DNA of 63,150 nucleotides, taken from a virus. Lineage: Duplodnaviria; Caudoviricetes. Below, piece by piece: positions 1-8,767 of the stretch; positions within the stretch are counted from its first letter, which is position 1; each line of letters starts with the position of its first letter. Under the pieces are notes generated by a model. That model was not told where the DNA came from. It did no database searches and saw only the letters and a list, made by a program, of their open reading frames with translations. The translations under genes and the position numbers were made by a program. The stretch is taken from positions 1 through 63,150 of IMG/VR virus record IMGVR_UViG_3300049928_000025; one strand, 5' to 3'.

Positions 1-153
1 CTCCGCGGCGCCGTCCTCCGCGGCGCCGACCTTCGCGGCGCCGACCTTCGCGGCGCCGACCTTCGCGACGCCGACCTTCGCGGCGCCGACCTTCTCGGCG
101 CCGACCTTCGCGGCGCCGACCTCCGCGGCGCCGACCTCCGCGGCGCCGTCCTC
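1..153 (+). repeat. 15-bp tandem repeat encoding LRGAD pentapeptides
   Basis: About ten copies of CT(C/T)CGCGGCGCCGAC. Confidence 0.95.
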
Positions 154-510
154 CGATCCTTCAAGGCCGACCTCTGGCTGACCCTGGCGTCCGCGCAGGG
201 TGAGGTCCCCGGTCTGATTGCCGCTATCCGCGAGGGCCGGATTGACGGGTCGGTCTATGGCGGCTCGTGCGCCTGCCTCGTCGGCACCATCGCCAATGTG
301 CGCGGCGTGCCGGTGTCGACGCTCGATCGCGGTCCACAGCGCCCCGCCGAGCAGTGGTTCGCGATGATCCGTCCGGGTGACAAGCCTGGCGATCCGACTG
401 GCGGCGGGTTCGCTGCGCAGTGGGCGCTCACCGAGTGCCTGGAGTTCTGCCGCACGTTCGGGATCGAACCCGACGCGACGCCGCAGGTTCAGGGCGGGGA
501 GGCCGCGTGA
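1..510 (+). CDS. Pentapeptide-repeat protein (5' truncated by window)
   Basis: Frame +1 reads [15 protein letters not shown]... and stays open to TGA at 508-510. Confidence 0.85.
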   Translation, partial: LRGAVLRGADLRGADLRGADLRDADLRGADLLGADLRGADLRGADLRGAVLRSFKADLWLTLASAQGEVPGLIAAIREGRIDGSVYGGSCACLVGTIANVRGVPVSTLDRGPQRPAEQWFAMIRPGDKPGDPTGGGFAAQWALTECLEFCRTFGIEPDATPQVQGGEAA

Positions 511-728
511 TGCGTCCCAGCCCTCTCCCCGCCGGGCACGGCCCGCACGTCGCCCGCCGCATCATCGCCGGCAACGGCGACCTGCCGCCCCTGCGCGCCG
601 AGGACGTGCTGCCGCGCGCTGCCAACGATCGCAGCAGCCTCGTCTACGGGCTGATCGGCATTGGCGTTCTGATCCCCGGGTTCATCCTGCTCGGGGTCGG
701 GGCGTTCATGATCGGGCGGGGTATGTGA
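510..728 (+). CDS. Small membrane protein
   Basis: ATG overlaps upstream stop; hydrophobic C-terminus. Confidence 0.6.
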   Translation: MRPSPLPAGHGPHVARRIIAGNGDLPPLRAEDVLPRAANDRSSLVYGLIGIGVLIPGFILLGVGAFMIGRGM

Positions 729-988
729 TGCGCTGGGCGCCTCGCACCCCCGACCCATCGAAGCGCCGCTCCCCGGCGTCGGCTTTCGATCACGCCACGC
801 GGTCCGCAGGCGCCCGCCCACTCCCGGCTCTGCCGCCCATCGCCTGTCCGGCCATCAACGCCGCGTGTGAGGCCCTGGCGGTCTCCTCCAAGCGCCACTG
901 CGCCGCCATCGTGGCCGATCCCTACGCCGATCTTCGGCGCTGGTCTGCCGAAGCTCGCCAATCCCGCAACCCGATCGTCGAGGCGTGA
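728..988 (+). CDS. Hypothetical protein
   Basis: TGATG coupling to upstream gene. Confidence 0.55.
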   Translation: MRWAPRTPDPSKRRSPASAFDHATRSAGARPLPALPPIACPAINAACEALAVSSKRHCAAIVADPYADLRRWSAEARQSRNPIVEA

Positions 989-1302
989 CCATGAGCGCCC
1001 CCTTCCGCGCGGCCGACGAGGCTGCCCGTCTCCCGTCCAGCATCAGGGCCACGCTCGCGTTCATCTCGCATCATCACCGTGCCATCCAGGATCTCGTCGA
1101 AGATCTGGAGCGCGCCCGCCGAGATGGCGCCACCCTCGCGCAGTTCGACGACCGCCTCGGCGCCGCTCACGATTTCGCCTCGCACCTCGCCCGGCAGATC
1201 AACGGCCTGCGCACCGGCGACATGGACGCCGTGAAGCTCGCCGACCTCGAATTCCTGAAGCGCTTTGCGCCCGCCGGGCCGGTGCGGCTGGCGGCGGACT
1301 GA
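985..1302 (+). CDS. Hypothetical protein
   Basis: Coupled ORF, typical codon usage. Confidence 0.65.
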   Translation: MTMSAPFRAADEAARLPSSIRATLAFISHHHRAIQDLVEDLERARRDGATLAQFDDRLGAAHDFASHLARQINGLRTGDMDAVKLADLEFLKRFAPAGPVRLAAD

Positions 1303-1307
1303 CGGCC

Positions 1308-2009
1308 ATGAGCGCAACCACAGACAAGCAGATCGCGGACATCCTGGCGACCTACGGCGAGCCGCTGGCCGGCAACGTCTGGCGCGTGCAGGGCACCGCC
1401 GTGATCTACCACAAGACGCTCGAGCGGCTGGCGGCGCAGGCGCAGATCGCCTTCGCGCCGCCCCAGATCCTGCGCGCCGAGCGCGACGAGGCCGTCATCT
1501 TGGTCACCGGCGAGGTGCAGATGGCCAACGATGGCGGCGTGCGCCGGGAATGGTCGATCGGCGAGGCCCTGATCGGCGTGAACTACCGCGTCTCCGGCAA
1601 GCAGGCGGCCTACGTCTTCGCCATGGCCGAGAAGCGGGCCAAGGACCGGGTGATCCTCAAGCTGATCGGCCTGCACGGCCTGCTCTACTCCGAGGACGAG
1701 GCCGACGAGTTCAAGCCGACTCAGGAAACGCGGGAACAGACCCGGCGCGATGCCGGCGAGCCCCGGGCGGCGCGAGACAACCCGAACAGCCGGGACGCGC
1801 AGAAGCCGCATCGTCCGGAACCTGGCACGCCCGAATGGCGCGAGGCCCTGTTCAAGCGCGCTCGGGCCGAGGCCGCGCTCGGCAACACGAGCTTCAATTC
1901 ATGGTGGCATCGGCAGTCCGACGAGGCGCAGGCCGCCCTTGAGGCGATCAACGACGACCTGGACGCGATCATCAATGGCGCGGTCGAGAGCCGGGACGCA
2001 GCCGAATGA
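1308..2009 (+). CDS. Putative single-strand annealing/recombination protein
   Basis: AMAEKRAKDRVILKLIG...YSEDEADEF motif with low-complexity tail, directly upstream of NinB; function is inference. Confidence 0.45.
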   Translation: MSATTDKQIADILATYGEPLAGNVWRVQGTAVIYHKTLERLAAQAQIAFAPPQILRAERDEAVILVTGEVQMANDGGVRREWSIGEALIGVNYRVSGKQAAYVFAMAEKRAKDRVILKLIGLHGLLYSEDEADEFKPTQETREQTRRDAGEPRAARDNPNSRDAQKPHRPEPGTPEWREALFKRARAEAALGNTSFNSWWHRQSDEAQAALEAINDDLDAIINGAVESRDAAE

Positions 2010-2416
2010 GCCGCGCCCTGGTCATCCTCCGCTCCCCGTCCGATCGCGAGCGCGTCCAGCGCTGGGCCCACGGGTGCTCACCCGGCACCCGCGTCGAGTT
2101 CAAGGGGCCGAAGCGCAGCTTGCCCCAGAACGACCGCATGTGGGCCATGCTCACCGACATCGCGTCGCAGAAAGAGCACTGCGGCCGGCGCTACACGCCC
2201 GATCAGTGGAAGGTGCTGTTCATGCACGCCTGCGGGCGTGAGGTGCAGTTCATCCCAGCGCTCGACGGCAGCACATTCATTCCATGGGGCCAGTCGTCGT
2301 CCGACCTGTCCAAGGACGAGATGACGGCGTTGATCGATTTCATGTTCGCGTGGGGCGCGCAGAACGGCGTCATCTTTGCGGATGAGCGTGCTCCTCTCGT
2401 TGGCGAGGTCGCGTGA
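2006..2416 (+). CDS. ninB: NinB/Orf family recombination protein
   Basis: KRSLPQNDRMWAMLTDIA...SSSDLSKDEMTALIDFMFAWGA. Confidence 0.9.
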   Translation: MSRALVILRSPSDRERVQRWAHGCSPGTRVEFKGPKRSLPQNDRMWAMLTDIASQKEHCGRRYTPDQWKVLFMHACGREVQFIPALDGSTFIPWGQSSSDLSKDEMTALIDFMFAWGAQNGVIFADERAPLVGEVA

Positions 2417-2661
2417 TGCTCTGGTGCCTCGCTCTCCGCCAGGGCTACGCCATCGGCGACTGCACGCCGATCGCCGTCGGCAGCCTCGAGCGCGTCATGC
2501 GCGCCGCCGACGAGCGGTATCACGTCCTCGACGCCCAGGAGCACCCGGACGGTCGGCTCTACGGTGGCCGCTGGCGGCGAGGCGAGGACGGCAGGCCACT
2601 GCCCTACGTGATCGTACCGCTCGCCATGCTGCCGGCCGACAGGCGGGGAGCCGGGGCATGA
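2413..2661 (+). CDS. Hypothetical protein
   Basis: Coupled ORF. Confidence 0.55.
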   Translation: MMLWCLALRQGYAIGDCTPIAVGSLERVMRAADERYHVLDAQEHPDGRLYGGRWRRGEDGRPLPYVIVPLAMLPADRRGAGA

Positions 2662-3062
2662 CCGATCCTCGCCCCCGGCTGTCGGACAGGGACCGTAAGC
2701 GCCTGTTCCGGCTGCACGGCCGGACCTGCCACATCTGCAGCCAGCCGATCGACGGCGTGCATGAGGCCTGGGACGTCGAACACGTCATCCCGCGGAGCCT
2801 GATCGGCCGACACGCCGACACCGACGAGAATATGAAGCCGGCGCACAAGGCGTGCCACCGGGAAAAGTCCAAGGACGATGCCAACAACCTCGCCGAGGCG
2901 AACCGCCGCGAGGACCGGCACATCGGCGCCCATCAGGCGCGGCAGCCCGTGCCGCCCGGCAAGCCGCTGCCGCCCGGTCGGCCCGCCAAGCGCGCCACCG
3001 CGCCCCTGTCGAAACAGCCTCTACCCCGCCGAGCCCTCTACACACCGGAGCATCGCCGATGA
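2658..3062 (+). CDS. HNH endonuclease
   Basis: CHIC...EHVIP...NMKPAHKACHREK. Confidence 0.85.
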   Translation: MTDPRPRLSDRDRKRLFRLHGRTCHICSQPIDGVHEAWDVEHVIPRSLIGRHADTDENMKPAHKACHREKSKDDANNLAEANRREDRHIGAHQARQPVPPGKPLPPGRPAKRATAPLSKQPLPRRALYTPEHRR

Positions 3063-3439
3063 GCCGTCGTGAACCCGTTCTGCGCATCATGACCGCCGAA
3101 GAAGTGTCTGCTGGCGCGGCAGAGCGCTGGCGAGCGCAGTACCAGCACTGGGAAGGTGATCGACGCTTCGCTGATGGCAAGACCAAGCGCGAGACGGATG
3201 ACGCTCTCAATGTCACCGAGCAGACCCCTGATGGCCTGAAGAACATCCTGAACGCTGGCTGGACCCATCCGAGGTGCGACGTGTGCGGCGAGCCGGCCGC
3301 GGTGGTGGCGCATTCGATTGGCGGCTTCGACGACGAGCCCCCGGCCTGCTGCCTGACGTGCGCCGAGAAGATCGTCGCGCTGCTCCGCCAGTTCCCGCGC
3401 GCCGCCGAGCGCGTGTGCGAGCCCATCCCTTATTTCTGA
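3059..3439 (+). CDS. Hypothetical protein with two CxxC motifs
   Basis: ATGA overlap; CDVC and CLTC. Confidence 0.65.
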   Translation: MSRREPVLRIMTAEEVSAGAAERWRAQYQHWEGDRRFADGKTKRETDDALNVTEQTPDGLKNILNAGWTHPRCDVCGEPAAVVAHSIGGFDDEPPACCLTCAEKIVALLRQFPRAAERVCEPIPYF

Positions 3440-3452
3440 GGAGTGTGACGCT

Positions 3453-3704
3453 ATGCGCCGCATCCGCCCGCAGAAGTTCGCCGGATCCGACTACCGCCAG
3501 ATCTGGCGCATCGTCGATGGCGCCGTGGCTCAGGCCTTCAACGATCATCCCGAATACCTCGCCCCCGGAGCCCGCGTCAGGACGGTGCGCAACAGCATCG
3601 TCAAGCGCGTGGCGGGGGCGGTTACCGGCCACGCCGCTCAGTCGGCGCGGGTCCGTTCCGAGGCAAGCAACCCGGCGGACGCAACGGGAGAGGGCCATTG
3701 CTAG
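3453..3704 (+). CDS. Hypothetical protein
   Basis: GAGGAG RBS upstream. Confidence 0.65.
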   Translation: MRRIRPQKFAGSDYRQIWRIVDGAVAQAFNDHPEYLAPGARVRTVRNSIVKRVAGAVTGHAAQSARVRSEASNPADATGEGHC

Positions 3705-3823
3705 GGCTCGCTCAGGGCGCTGCCCCCACAGCCCCCTCGGCTGTCGCCATTCACGGCAGCCTCGCGGGAGGGATGGCAGTCCCTCCCGCACCAACCAATC
3801 TCCGCCAGCCAGAGGAGCCCGTC

Positions 3824-4222
3824 ATGAGCAGCCTGAAGGTTGTCGACTTTCTCAAGGAGATCGACACCCTCCGCGAGGCCGTGCGCCGCTACGAGGAATT
3901 GCTGAAGCCGTCGCTCTACACGCCGCGCGCCTGGCGCCTGACGCCCAACGAGGAGGCCGTCCTCCTGGTGCTCTACGGCGCCAAGACCCGCGTCGTGCAC
4001 CGCGAACGGATGCCGATCGGCGTCTACGGCATCCTGGCCGACGCGCCCGAGCAGAAGATCCTCGACGTCTTCATCTGCAAAGTCCGGCGGAAGCTCATGT
4101 GCGCTCAGACCCGGATCGGCATCGAGACCGTATGGGGCCGTGGCTGGCGGCTCACCGATGAGAGCCACGCCCGTCTGCACGCCGCGGTCGCCGGTGAGCC
4201 GATCGCGGAGCGGGCAGCATGA
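3824..4222 (+). CDS. OmpR/PhoB-type winged-helix protein, CtrA-like DNA-binding domain without receiver domain
   Basis: PEQKILDVFICKVRRKL...IETVWGRGW closely parallels the CtrA C-terminal domain. Confidence 0.85.
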   Translation: MSSLKVVDFLKEIDTLREAVRRYEELLKPSLYTPRAWRLTPNEEAVLLVLYGAKTRVVHRERMPIGVYGILADAPEQKILDVFICKVRRKLMCAQTRIGIETVWGRGWRLTDESHARLHAAVAGEPIAERAA

Positions 4223-4327
4223 GCGCGCCCCTCCCGCCTCGCAGAGGCCTCTACAGCTCGGAGACGGGACGATGAGCACTCCCGTGTCTCAGATCTCTAG
4301 CGGAGGGGCTGGGGGATGGAAAGATTA

Positions 4328-4413
4328 GGGCGCGACCCTAAAGGGTCAGGCTCTCGCCCTTCGGGATAAACCACTTCGTGTTTTGTCGGCTTCGCCGCTT
4401 CGATCCTTCGCGC
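4328..4413 (-). repeat. Four-hairpin dispersed element, left copy L1
   Basis: GGGCGC-hp-CAGGCT-hp-AAACC-hp-GTTTT-hp-GCTTCGATCCTTCGCGC. Confidence 0.8.
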
Positions 4414-4428
4414 ATACGGAGACTTGAG

Positions 4429-4812
4429 ATGAGCGATAAGACCAAGGTCCAAATTATAGTAAGCGGCCCGGTCGGTTGCGGCAAAAGTGCGATCGTAGAA
4501 GAAATCGCGGTAGCGCTCAAAGCCATCGGCATAGAAGTCAGCTTTGCGGACCCGCGAGCTGTACAGAGCGAGCGCAACATGGTTGGTGACCACATCGGAT
4601 CTCTTGAAATCTATCGCAAAGGCATCCGTGTCGAGATCTCGGAGAGTCTGTTTATTCAGAGCCAAATCGAACAGCGAATTGGCGGCGCTTACGAGATGCC
4701 AGACCGGCCTGGGTTCTGGGTCGACGCGCCAGTCGCCAAAGAGATTGCTCGCCGCGTTCTCGGGGTTGCGCCTTCTTCGAACGATCGCCTGAAGCGGGGC
4801 GCATCAGGATAA
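4429..4812 (+). CDS. Hypothetical protein with P-loop-like motif (cargo between L1 and R1)
   Basis: GPVGCGKS motif; GGAG RBS; visibly AT-richer than flanks. Confidence 0.65.
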   Translation: MSDKTKVQIIVSGPVGCGKSAIVEEIAVALKAIGIEVSFADPRAVQSERNMVGDHIGSLEIYRKGIRVEISESLFIQSQIEQRIGGAYEMPDRPGFWVDAPVAKEIARRVLGVAPSSNDRLKRGASG

Positions 4813-4816
4813 GCAC

Positions 4817-4900
4817 CGCGCCAGCGACCAAAGCCCGGAGGGCCGAGACCAAAGGGCTCGGGTCGAAGACCGCGGGCGCGGTCGACGAAGTCGAGGCGCC
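4817..4900 (+). repeat. Four-hairpin dispersed element, right copy R1
   Basis: CGCGCCAGCGACCAAAGC-hp-GAGAC-hp-GGCTCG-hp-GCGCGGT-hp-GGCGCC. Confidence 0.8.
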
Positions 4901-4966
4901 GCAAAGGTAAGTCTATCCCTCCAACTGACCCCCACCCCAATGCCGGCAACGCCGGGAGAATTGAGC

Positions 4967-5623
4967 ATGAGCGAGCACAAGATCATCGAGGCCGCCGACA
5001 CGCCGATGAGCATCGGGCTGGGCGACCTCGCCCTCACGATTTCATGGCCGGACGGCTCAGAGACCGTCGAGCACGTCTCGGAGCAAGCCGCGAAGCTGCT
5101 CGGCTACCAGCGTCCGGATCCCGAACCCCCAGCCCCGCCCGCCTGGATGGTCGAGGTGGCGCGGGAGGCTGCTGACGGATACGGGAACGGAATTGTAGCG
5201 GTGGCTGAGCGCGCCATCGAACTCGCCCTTGAGCGCGGGCATGTGGTGGAGCCGCGACCGGTCCCGACCGACGAGGAGTTGCTGAAGGCGGCGCGGGAGG
5301 ATGCGGCGCAGGTCAACGAGCGTCGCGGATACGAGACCATCCCGAATGAGTGCCGGCGCGGTTTCCGCGATGGAACGGGCGACGTTCAGTGCGCCCTCCA
5401 GGCCCGCCGCAACATGCTGCGGGAGGGGGCTGTGGCAGCCTCGGCGGTCCCGTCGGCAGATTATGAAGCCGCCCTGAGGCAGGCATGGGACGCGGGCCGC
5501 TCCTGGGCTCGAATGAGGGCGCGAGAGGCCGTCGACAATGCGGTGACTCATGAGGCCGGCCGCTCCGATCGTGACCTGCGCGTCTCCGCTCTCCTCGCCA
5601 CCCTGCCGACCCGGGAGGCCTGA
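4967..5623 (+). CDS. Hypothetical protein
   Basis: GGGAG RBS, long ORF. Confidence 0.7.
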   Translation: MSEHKIIEAADTPMSIGLGDLALTISWPDGSETVEHVSEQAAKLLGYQRPDPEPPAPPAWMVEVAREAADGYGNGIVAVAERAIELALERGHVVEPRPVPTDEELLKAAREDAAQVNERRGYETIPNECRRGFRDGTGDVQCALQARRNMLREGAVAASAVPSADYEAALRQAWDAGRSWARMRAREAVDNAVTHEAGRSDRDLRVSALLATLPTREA

Positions 5624-5625
5624 CC

Positions 5626-5958
5626 GTGACAGCGTATGCCTTCAGCCCGCTTCGCGAGTATCAGGATTGGCGCGTCTTCAAGTATTCGCTGATGATGGCG
5701 GACACGCAGTTTGTCGTCATGCCTGAGACGAGCGAGATCCTGTCGGTCCAATTCCAGGGCGAGCAACTCGTGATGTGGGCGGCGGTCTGTGCAGACCGGC
5801 CGACGATCAAGCAGAAGATCGTCATCGCTGGCACCGGACATCCGACCGATCTCCGTGGCCTGAGGTTTGTCGGAACCGCACAGGATCCTACGGCGCCGCT
5901 CGTTTGGCACGTCTTCGCGGGCGAAGTCCGTGCCAATTCCGCCGGAACGGAGGCCTGA
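5626..5958 (+). CDS. Conserved phage protein
   Basis: ILSVQ..GTGH..VGT.Q..LVWHVF pattern recurrent in phage accessory genes. Confidence 0.7.
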   Translation: MTAYAFSPLREYQDWRVFKYSLMMADTQFVVMPETSEILSVQFQGEQLVMWAAVCADRPTIKQKIVIAGTGHPTDLRGLRFVGTAQDPTAPLVWHVFAGEVRANSAGTEA

Positions 5959-5961
5959 GCC

Positions 5962-6924
5962 ATGGCCGAGATCGTTCGCCACAAGAAGACCGGCGGCCTG
6001 TACGATGTGCTGTATCGGGGTGCTACGGTCGAGAGCAGCGTGCCCTTGGCGGATTACGCTGAGGTTATCATCTGCCGGCCCGTTTCGGATAGTGGGATCG
6101 TCATCCGACCCGCCAGACTTCCAGTGCCTACCAACCGTATCGCCCTGTACGGGGCCAGTGTCCAGACCGCCGTGCCACTCACCAACGGCGACGAGGTGGT
6201 GGTCTACCGCACCCAGGACGAAGATCTCCTCGTCTGGGTCCGCCCGACCTCCGAGATGGACGACGGGCGGTTCGAGCCCGCTAATCCCCTCGGCGCACCC
6301 CCTCATGCAAGCGCCTCCGAAATAGAGGAGCGTGCAGCTGTCGTTCGACGCGGGCTGTCGTCCGTGGCCAATCATGCACCGCCTGGCTCCACCACCGCGG
6401 TCTGGGCTGCGCGCGGCGTGGGCGTGATCGACGCTCTCCTCTCCCGTATCAGCCCCAGCCCGTTGGGGGATGCTGTAGGGCGCGGTCCTGCGGACCCGGG
6501 CTCTCGTGCAAGCATCGAGCCTGCTGGCGCAGTCTCGCCCGCCTCCGGTGGCGTCGATCCCTCGCGCGAAGCGTGGCTTGATTTTGAGCCGGATGAGATC
6601 GTTCGGCGCGTTCGCTGTCAGGCCGACGATGCGCCGGATGAAGGCGACAGCCCCGCCCAGATCTGGCGGCATGCCTGCGATACGATTTTGCTGCGCATGG
6701 GTAGGCACCCATCACAGGAGGCGGTGGCCAGCGGCGGCGAGGCGCCCGGCGGTGTGATCCCTGAGGGATGGGTTCTCGTGCCTCAGGAGCCGACTGAGGC
6801 GATGCTGGACGCCGCCGTGAAGGGTAGCGGTGCCGATGTCAGCTACGCCGATGTCGAGGAGCTGTGGCCCGCCATGCTCTCAGCCTCCCCGCGTCCCTCC
6901 CAGGGGGAGACGGGCGATGCGTAG
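5962..6924 (+). CDS. Mosaic protein: DUF1653-like N-terminus, in-frame L/R cassette, PEGWVLVP..PT..ML C-terminal module
   Basis: RHKKTGGLY...VVYR...WVRP..EM.DGRF; element at 6478-6568 is read through in frame. Confidence 0.7.
   Translation: MAEIVRHKKTGGLYDVLYRGATVESSVPLADYAEVIICRPVSDSGIVIRPARLPVPTNRIALYGASVQTAVPLTNGDEVVVYRTQDEDLLVWVRPTSEMDDGRFEPANPLGAPPHASASEIEERAAVVRRGLSSVANHAPPGSTTAVWAARGVGVIDALLSRISPSPLGDAVGRGPADPGSRASIEPAGAVSPASGGVDPSREAWLDFEPDEIVRRVRCQADDAPDEGDSPAQIWRHACDTILLRMGRHPSQEAVASGGEAPGGVIPEGWVLVPQEPTEAMLDAAVKGSGADVSYADVEELWPAMLSASPRPSQGETGDA
6478..6568 (-). repeat. Four-hairpin dispersed element, left copy L2
   Basis: GGGCGC-hp-CCGGGCT-hp-CGAGCC-hp-GTCTC-hp-GCGTCGATCCCTCGCGCG. 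Confidence 0.85.
6721..6747 (+). repeat. Truncated right element R2 (outer arm only)
   Basis: GCGGT-hp-GAGGCGCCC. Confidence 0.5.
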
Positions 6925-7171
6925 GCCGACAAAAGCCCAGCGAGCCGTGCTCGAATTCATGGGCGCACACCAAGATGCGCTTCGCTGCGACCCGCGCCTC
7001 CGGCCCGCATGGTGGCTGGAGGCGGGACCGACCGTCCGGGCTCAGGTCGCCGACAGCATCGTCGCCGCTGGGTGGTCCGAACGCACTGGCGAGGCCGGCC
7101 CACAGCAGTTCTTCACGCGGACGGAAGCCGGCCGCACCGCCCTCGCCAGAGAGGAGATGGGTTGTGAGTGA
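6917..7171 (+). CDS. Hypothetical protein, possible winged helix
   Basis: GGGGGAG RBS; coupled ORF. Confidence 0.6.
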   Translation: MRRPTKAQRAVLEFMGAHQDALRCDPRLRPAWWLEAGPTVRAQVADSIVAAGWSERTGEAGPQQFFTRTEAGRTALAREEMGCE

Positions 7172-7544
7172 ACGCCTGACCGAGTCGGAAATCGCAACGA
7201 TCGTAGATGTGCCCGACCATGCCGGGCGAGCCCTGCGACCCGAGAGCTACCCGCTCCTATCGGACTATGAGATGGACACGGTAATCCCGGCTAAGGACGG
7301 CCGTCCGTGGCGCAAGGCCTGCGCGGATTGCGCGTTCCGGAGCCACGACCCTCAAGGGTTCGGGCGCGGCTACCAGGACATGATCCGTTACTCGGATCCT
7401 CAACGGGATGGGCTGTTCTACTGCACGCACCGGACCGACGCGGGCGAGCACCGGATCTGTGCCTGCTACGCGGCCTGTCGGCATGGTGAGCACGGTAGTG
7501 GAGAGCGCGCCTCGCTCCAGCTCGAGGTTCCCGATGTGCTCTGA
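7164..7544 (+). CDS. Cys/His-rich hypothetical protein
   Basis: CADCAFR...FYCTH...CACY. Confidence 0.65.
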   Translation: MSERLTESEIATIVDVPDHAGRALRPESYPLLSDYEMDTVIPAKDGRPWRKACADCAFRSHDPQGFGRGYQDMIRYSDPQRDGLFYCTHRTDAGEHRICACYAACRHGEHGSGERASLQLEVPDVL

Positions 7545-8385
7545 TCACACAGGATCCGGAGGGGATCGGATGGGCGCTGCCCCTGACGAGGTCGGGCTCT
7601 CGCAAGTCGAGCCGCTGCGCGTCTCGCCGCCTGACGGCGCTTCGATCCCTAGCGCGACACCTATCGCCCGTCGCGTCATATCCTTCGGCAGCCCGGCTGT
7701 GGTGTGCTGCGATGCTCAGTGCTCCAAAGCTTGGGGCATTAACAGTCGCCCGAAGATTGTTCTTAGCGACGATCCTGATGACATCGCCTATCTCGCCGAT
7801 AGTGAGCTGGACGAGGCGCCGGCTAATCCTGGCACCTACGAAGGCGGATGTGCGAAGCCATACACCACGGCCGAGCGCCTAAACAAGTGGTGCGTGCGGG
7901 AATGCGAGCGGTCGTCAATGTCAAAGACTGGACGCAACGACGAGGTCGTCGAGGCGCCAGATTTCAGTCGCCGTCGCTACAACATGCCGTGGCTGCACCC
8001 CGAGCAGCCCGCGCCATGCGATGGAAGCGGCGAAGCCGGCGAGACCGAAGGGCTCGATCCGAAGGACGACAGCGCGGTGCCCGCAGGGCAGGCGCCCGAC
8101 GCCCTCTCCTCCCTGAGGGGTGAGATCGACAGGCTGAAGGAACGGCTCGCGGAGGCCGTATCCGCGGGTCGCATGCTGATTGTCGCTGAGGATGCGCGCT
8201 GGGTCGCCATAGCCGCTTTCAATGCGGCATGGGATGAGCAGCCGGCCCCTCCTACGAAGAAGCAAGTGTCAGCCGAACGGGCCGCAATCCTGGGCACCGA
8301 TATCGCGCACCAAAGAGCCCTTCGGCGGGCGCTTGAGGCTATTCGATCCATCGCCACCCAGGAGACCCCCGATGTCGAGGGCTGA
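7534..8385 (+). CDS. Mosaic protein containing an in-frame L3-cargo-R3 cassette (start uncertain)
   Basis: Open frame through both elements; Cys-rich cargo CCDAQCSKAWGINSRP...NKWCVRECER. Confidence 0.65.
   Translation: MCSDHTGSGGDRMGAAPDEVGLSQVEPLRVSPPDGASIPSATPIARRVISFGSPAVVCCDAQCSKAWGINSRPKIVLSDDPDDIAYLADSELDEAPANPGTYEGGCAKPYTTAERLNKWCVRECERSSMSKTGRNDEVVEAPDFSRRRYNMPWLHPEQPAPCDGSGEAGETEGLDPKDDSAVPAGQAPDALSSLRGEIDRLKERLAEAVSAGRMLIVAEDARWVAIAAFNAAWDEQPAPPTKKQVSAERAAILGTDIAHQRALRRALEAIRSIATQETPDVEG
7572..7656 (-). repeat. Four-hairpin dispersed element, left copy L3
   Basis: GGGCGC-hp-TCGGGCT-hp-CGAGCC-hp-GTCTC-hp-GCTTCGATCCCTAGCGCG. Confidence 0.85.
8010..8097 (+). repeat. Four-hairpin dispersed element, right copy R3
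   Basis: CGCGCCATGCGATGGAAGC-hp-GAGAC-hp-GGCTCG-hp-AGCGCGGT-hp-GGCGCCC. Confidence 0.85.
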
Positions 8386-8767
8386 CGATCTGCGCGCGCT
8401 GCTGGCGATGGTAAATGACGCCAAGGCCAGTAGCTGGGAACTAGATCAGCGCCTCTTTGCGCTCGGCTGGGGCTGGTCGTTCCCGCTCCATGGGGCGTCT
8501 CTCTGTGAGTTCAAGAGAATTAGGCGCGAGGGACTGGGCAATTTCTCATCGTCGGTGGATGCGGCGTACAATCTGATCGACCGTCTGCTGCCCGGCTGGG
8601 CATGGGCGGTCGCTGTCTCGAATGGACGATTTCGAGCAAGTCTGACTGCCCCTAATCCACTTCGACCCATGCCCGTCATCGCGAGGGACTGTGCCACAGG
8701 TGGCCTAGTTTTGTGCGCCGCCCTCCTATCCGCTCTCATCGCGCAGGAGGCCGAGAATGGCCGGTGA
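8372..8767 (+). CDS. Hypothetical protein
   Basis: AGGAG RBS; FSSSVDAA..L..RLLPGW pattern common in phages. Confidence 0.7.
   Translation: MSRADDLRALLAMVNDAKASSWELDQRLFALGWGWSFPLHGASLCEFKRIRREGLGNFSSSVDAAYNLIDRLLPGWAWAVAVSNGRFRASLTAPNPLRPMPVIARDCATGGLVLCAALLSALIAQEAENGR

Noticed and set aside
1-153. CRISPR-like or diversity-generating repeat
   Set aside because: Spacer-less 15-bp coding tandem repeat; no reverse transcriptase in the window
3715-3790. Additional L element starting GGGCGCTGCCCC
   Set aside because: Downstream linkers CGAGCC, GTCTC and GATCCCT are absent; only an ordinary hairpin near 3763-3789
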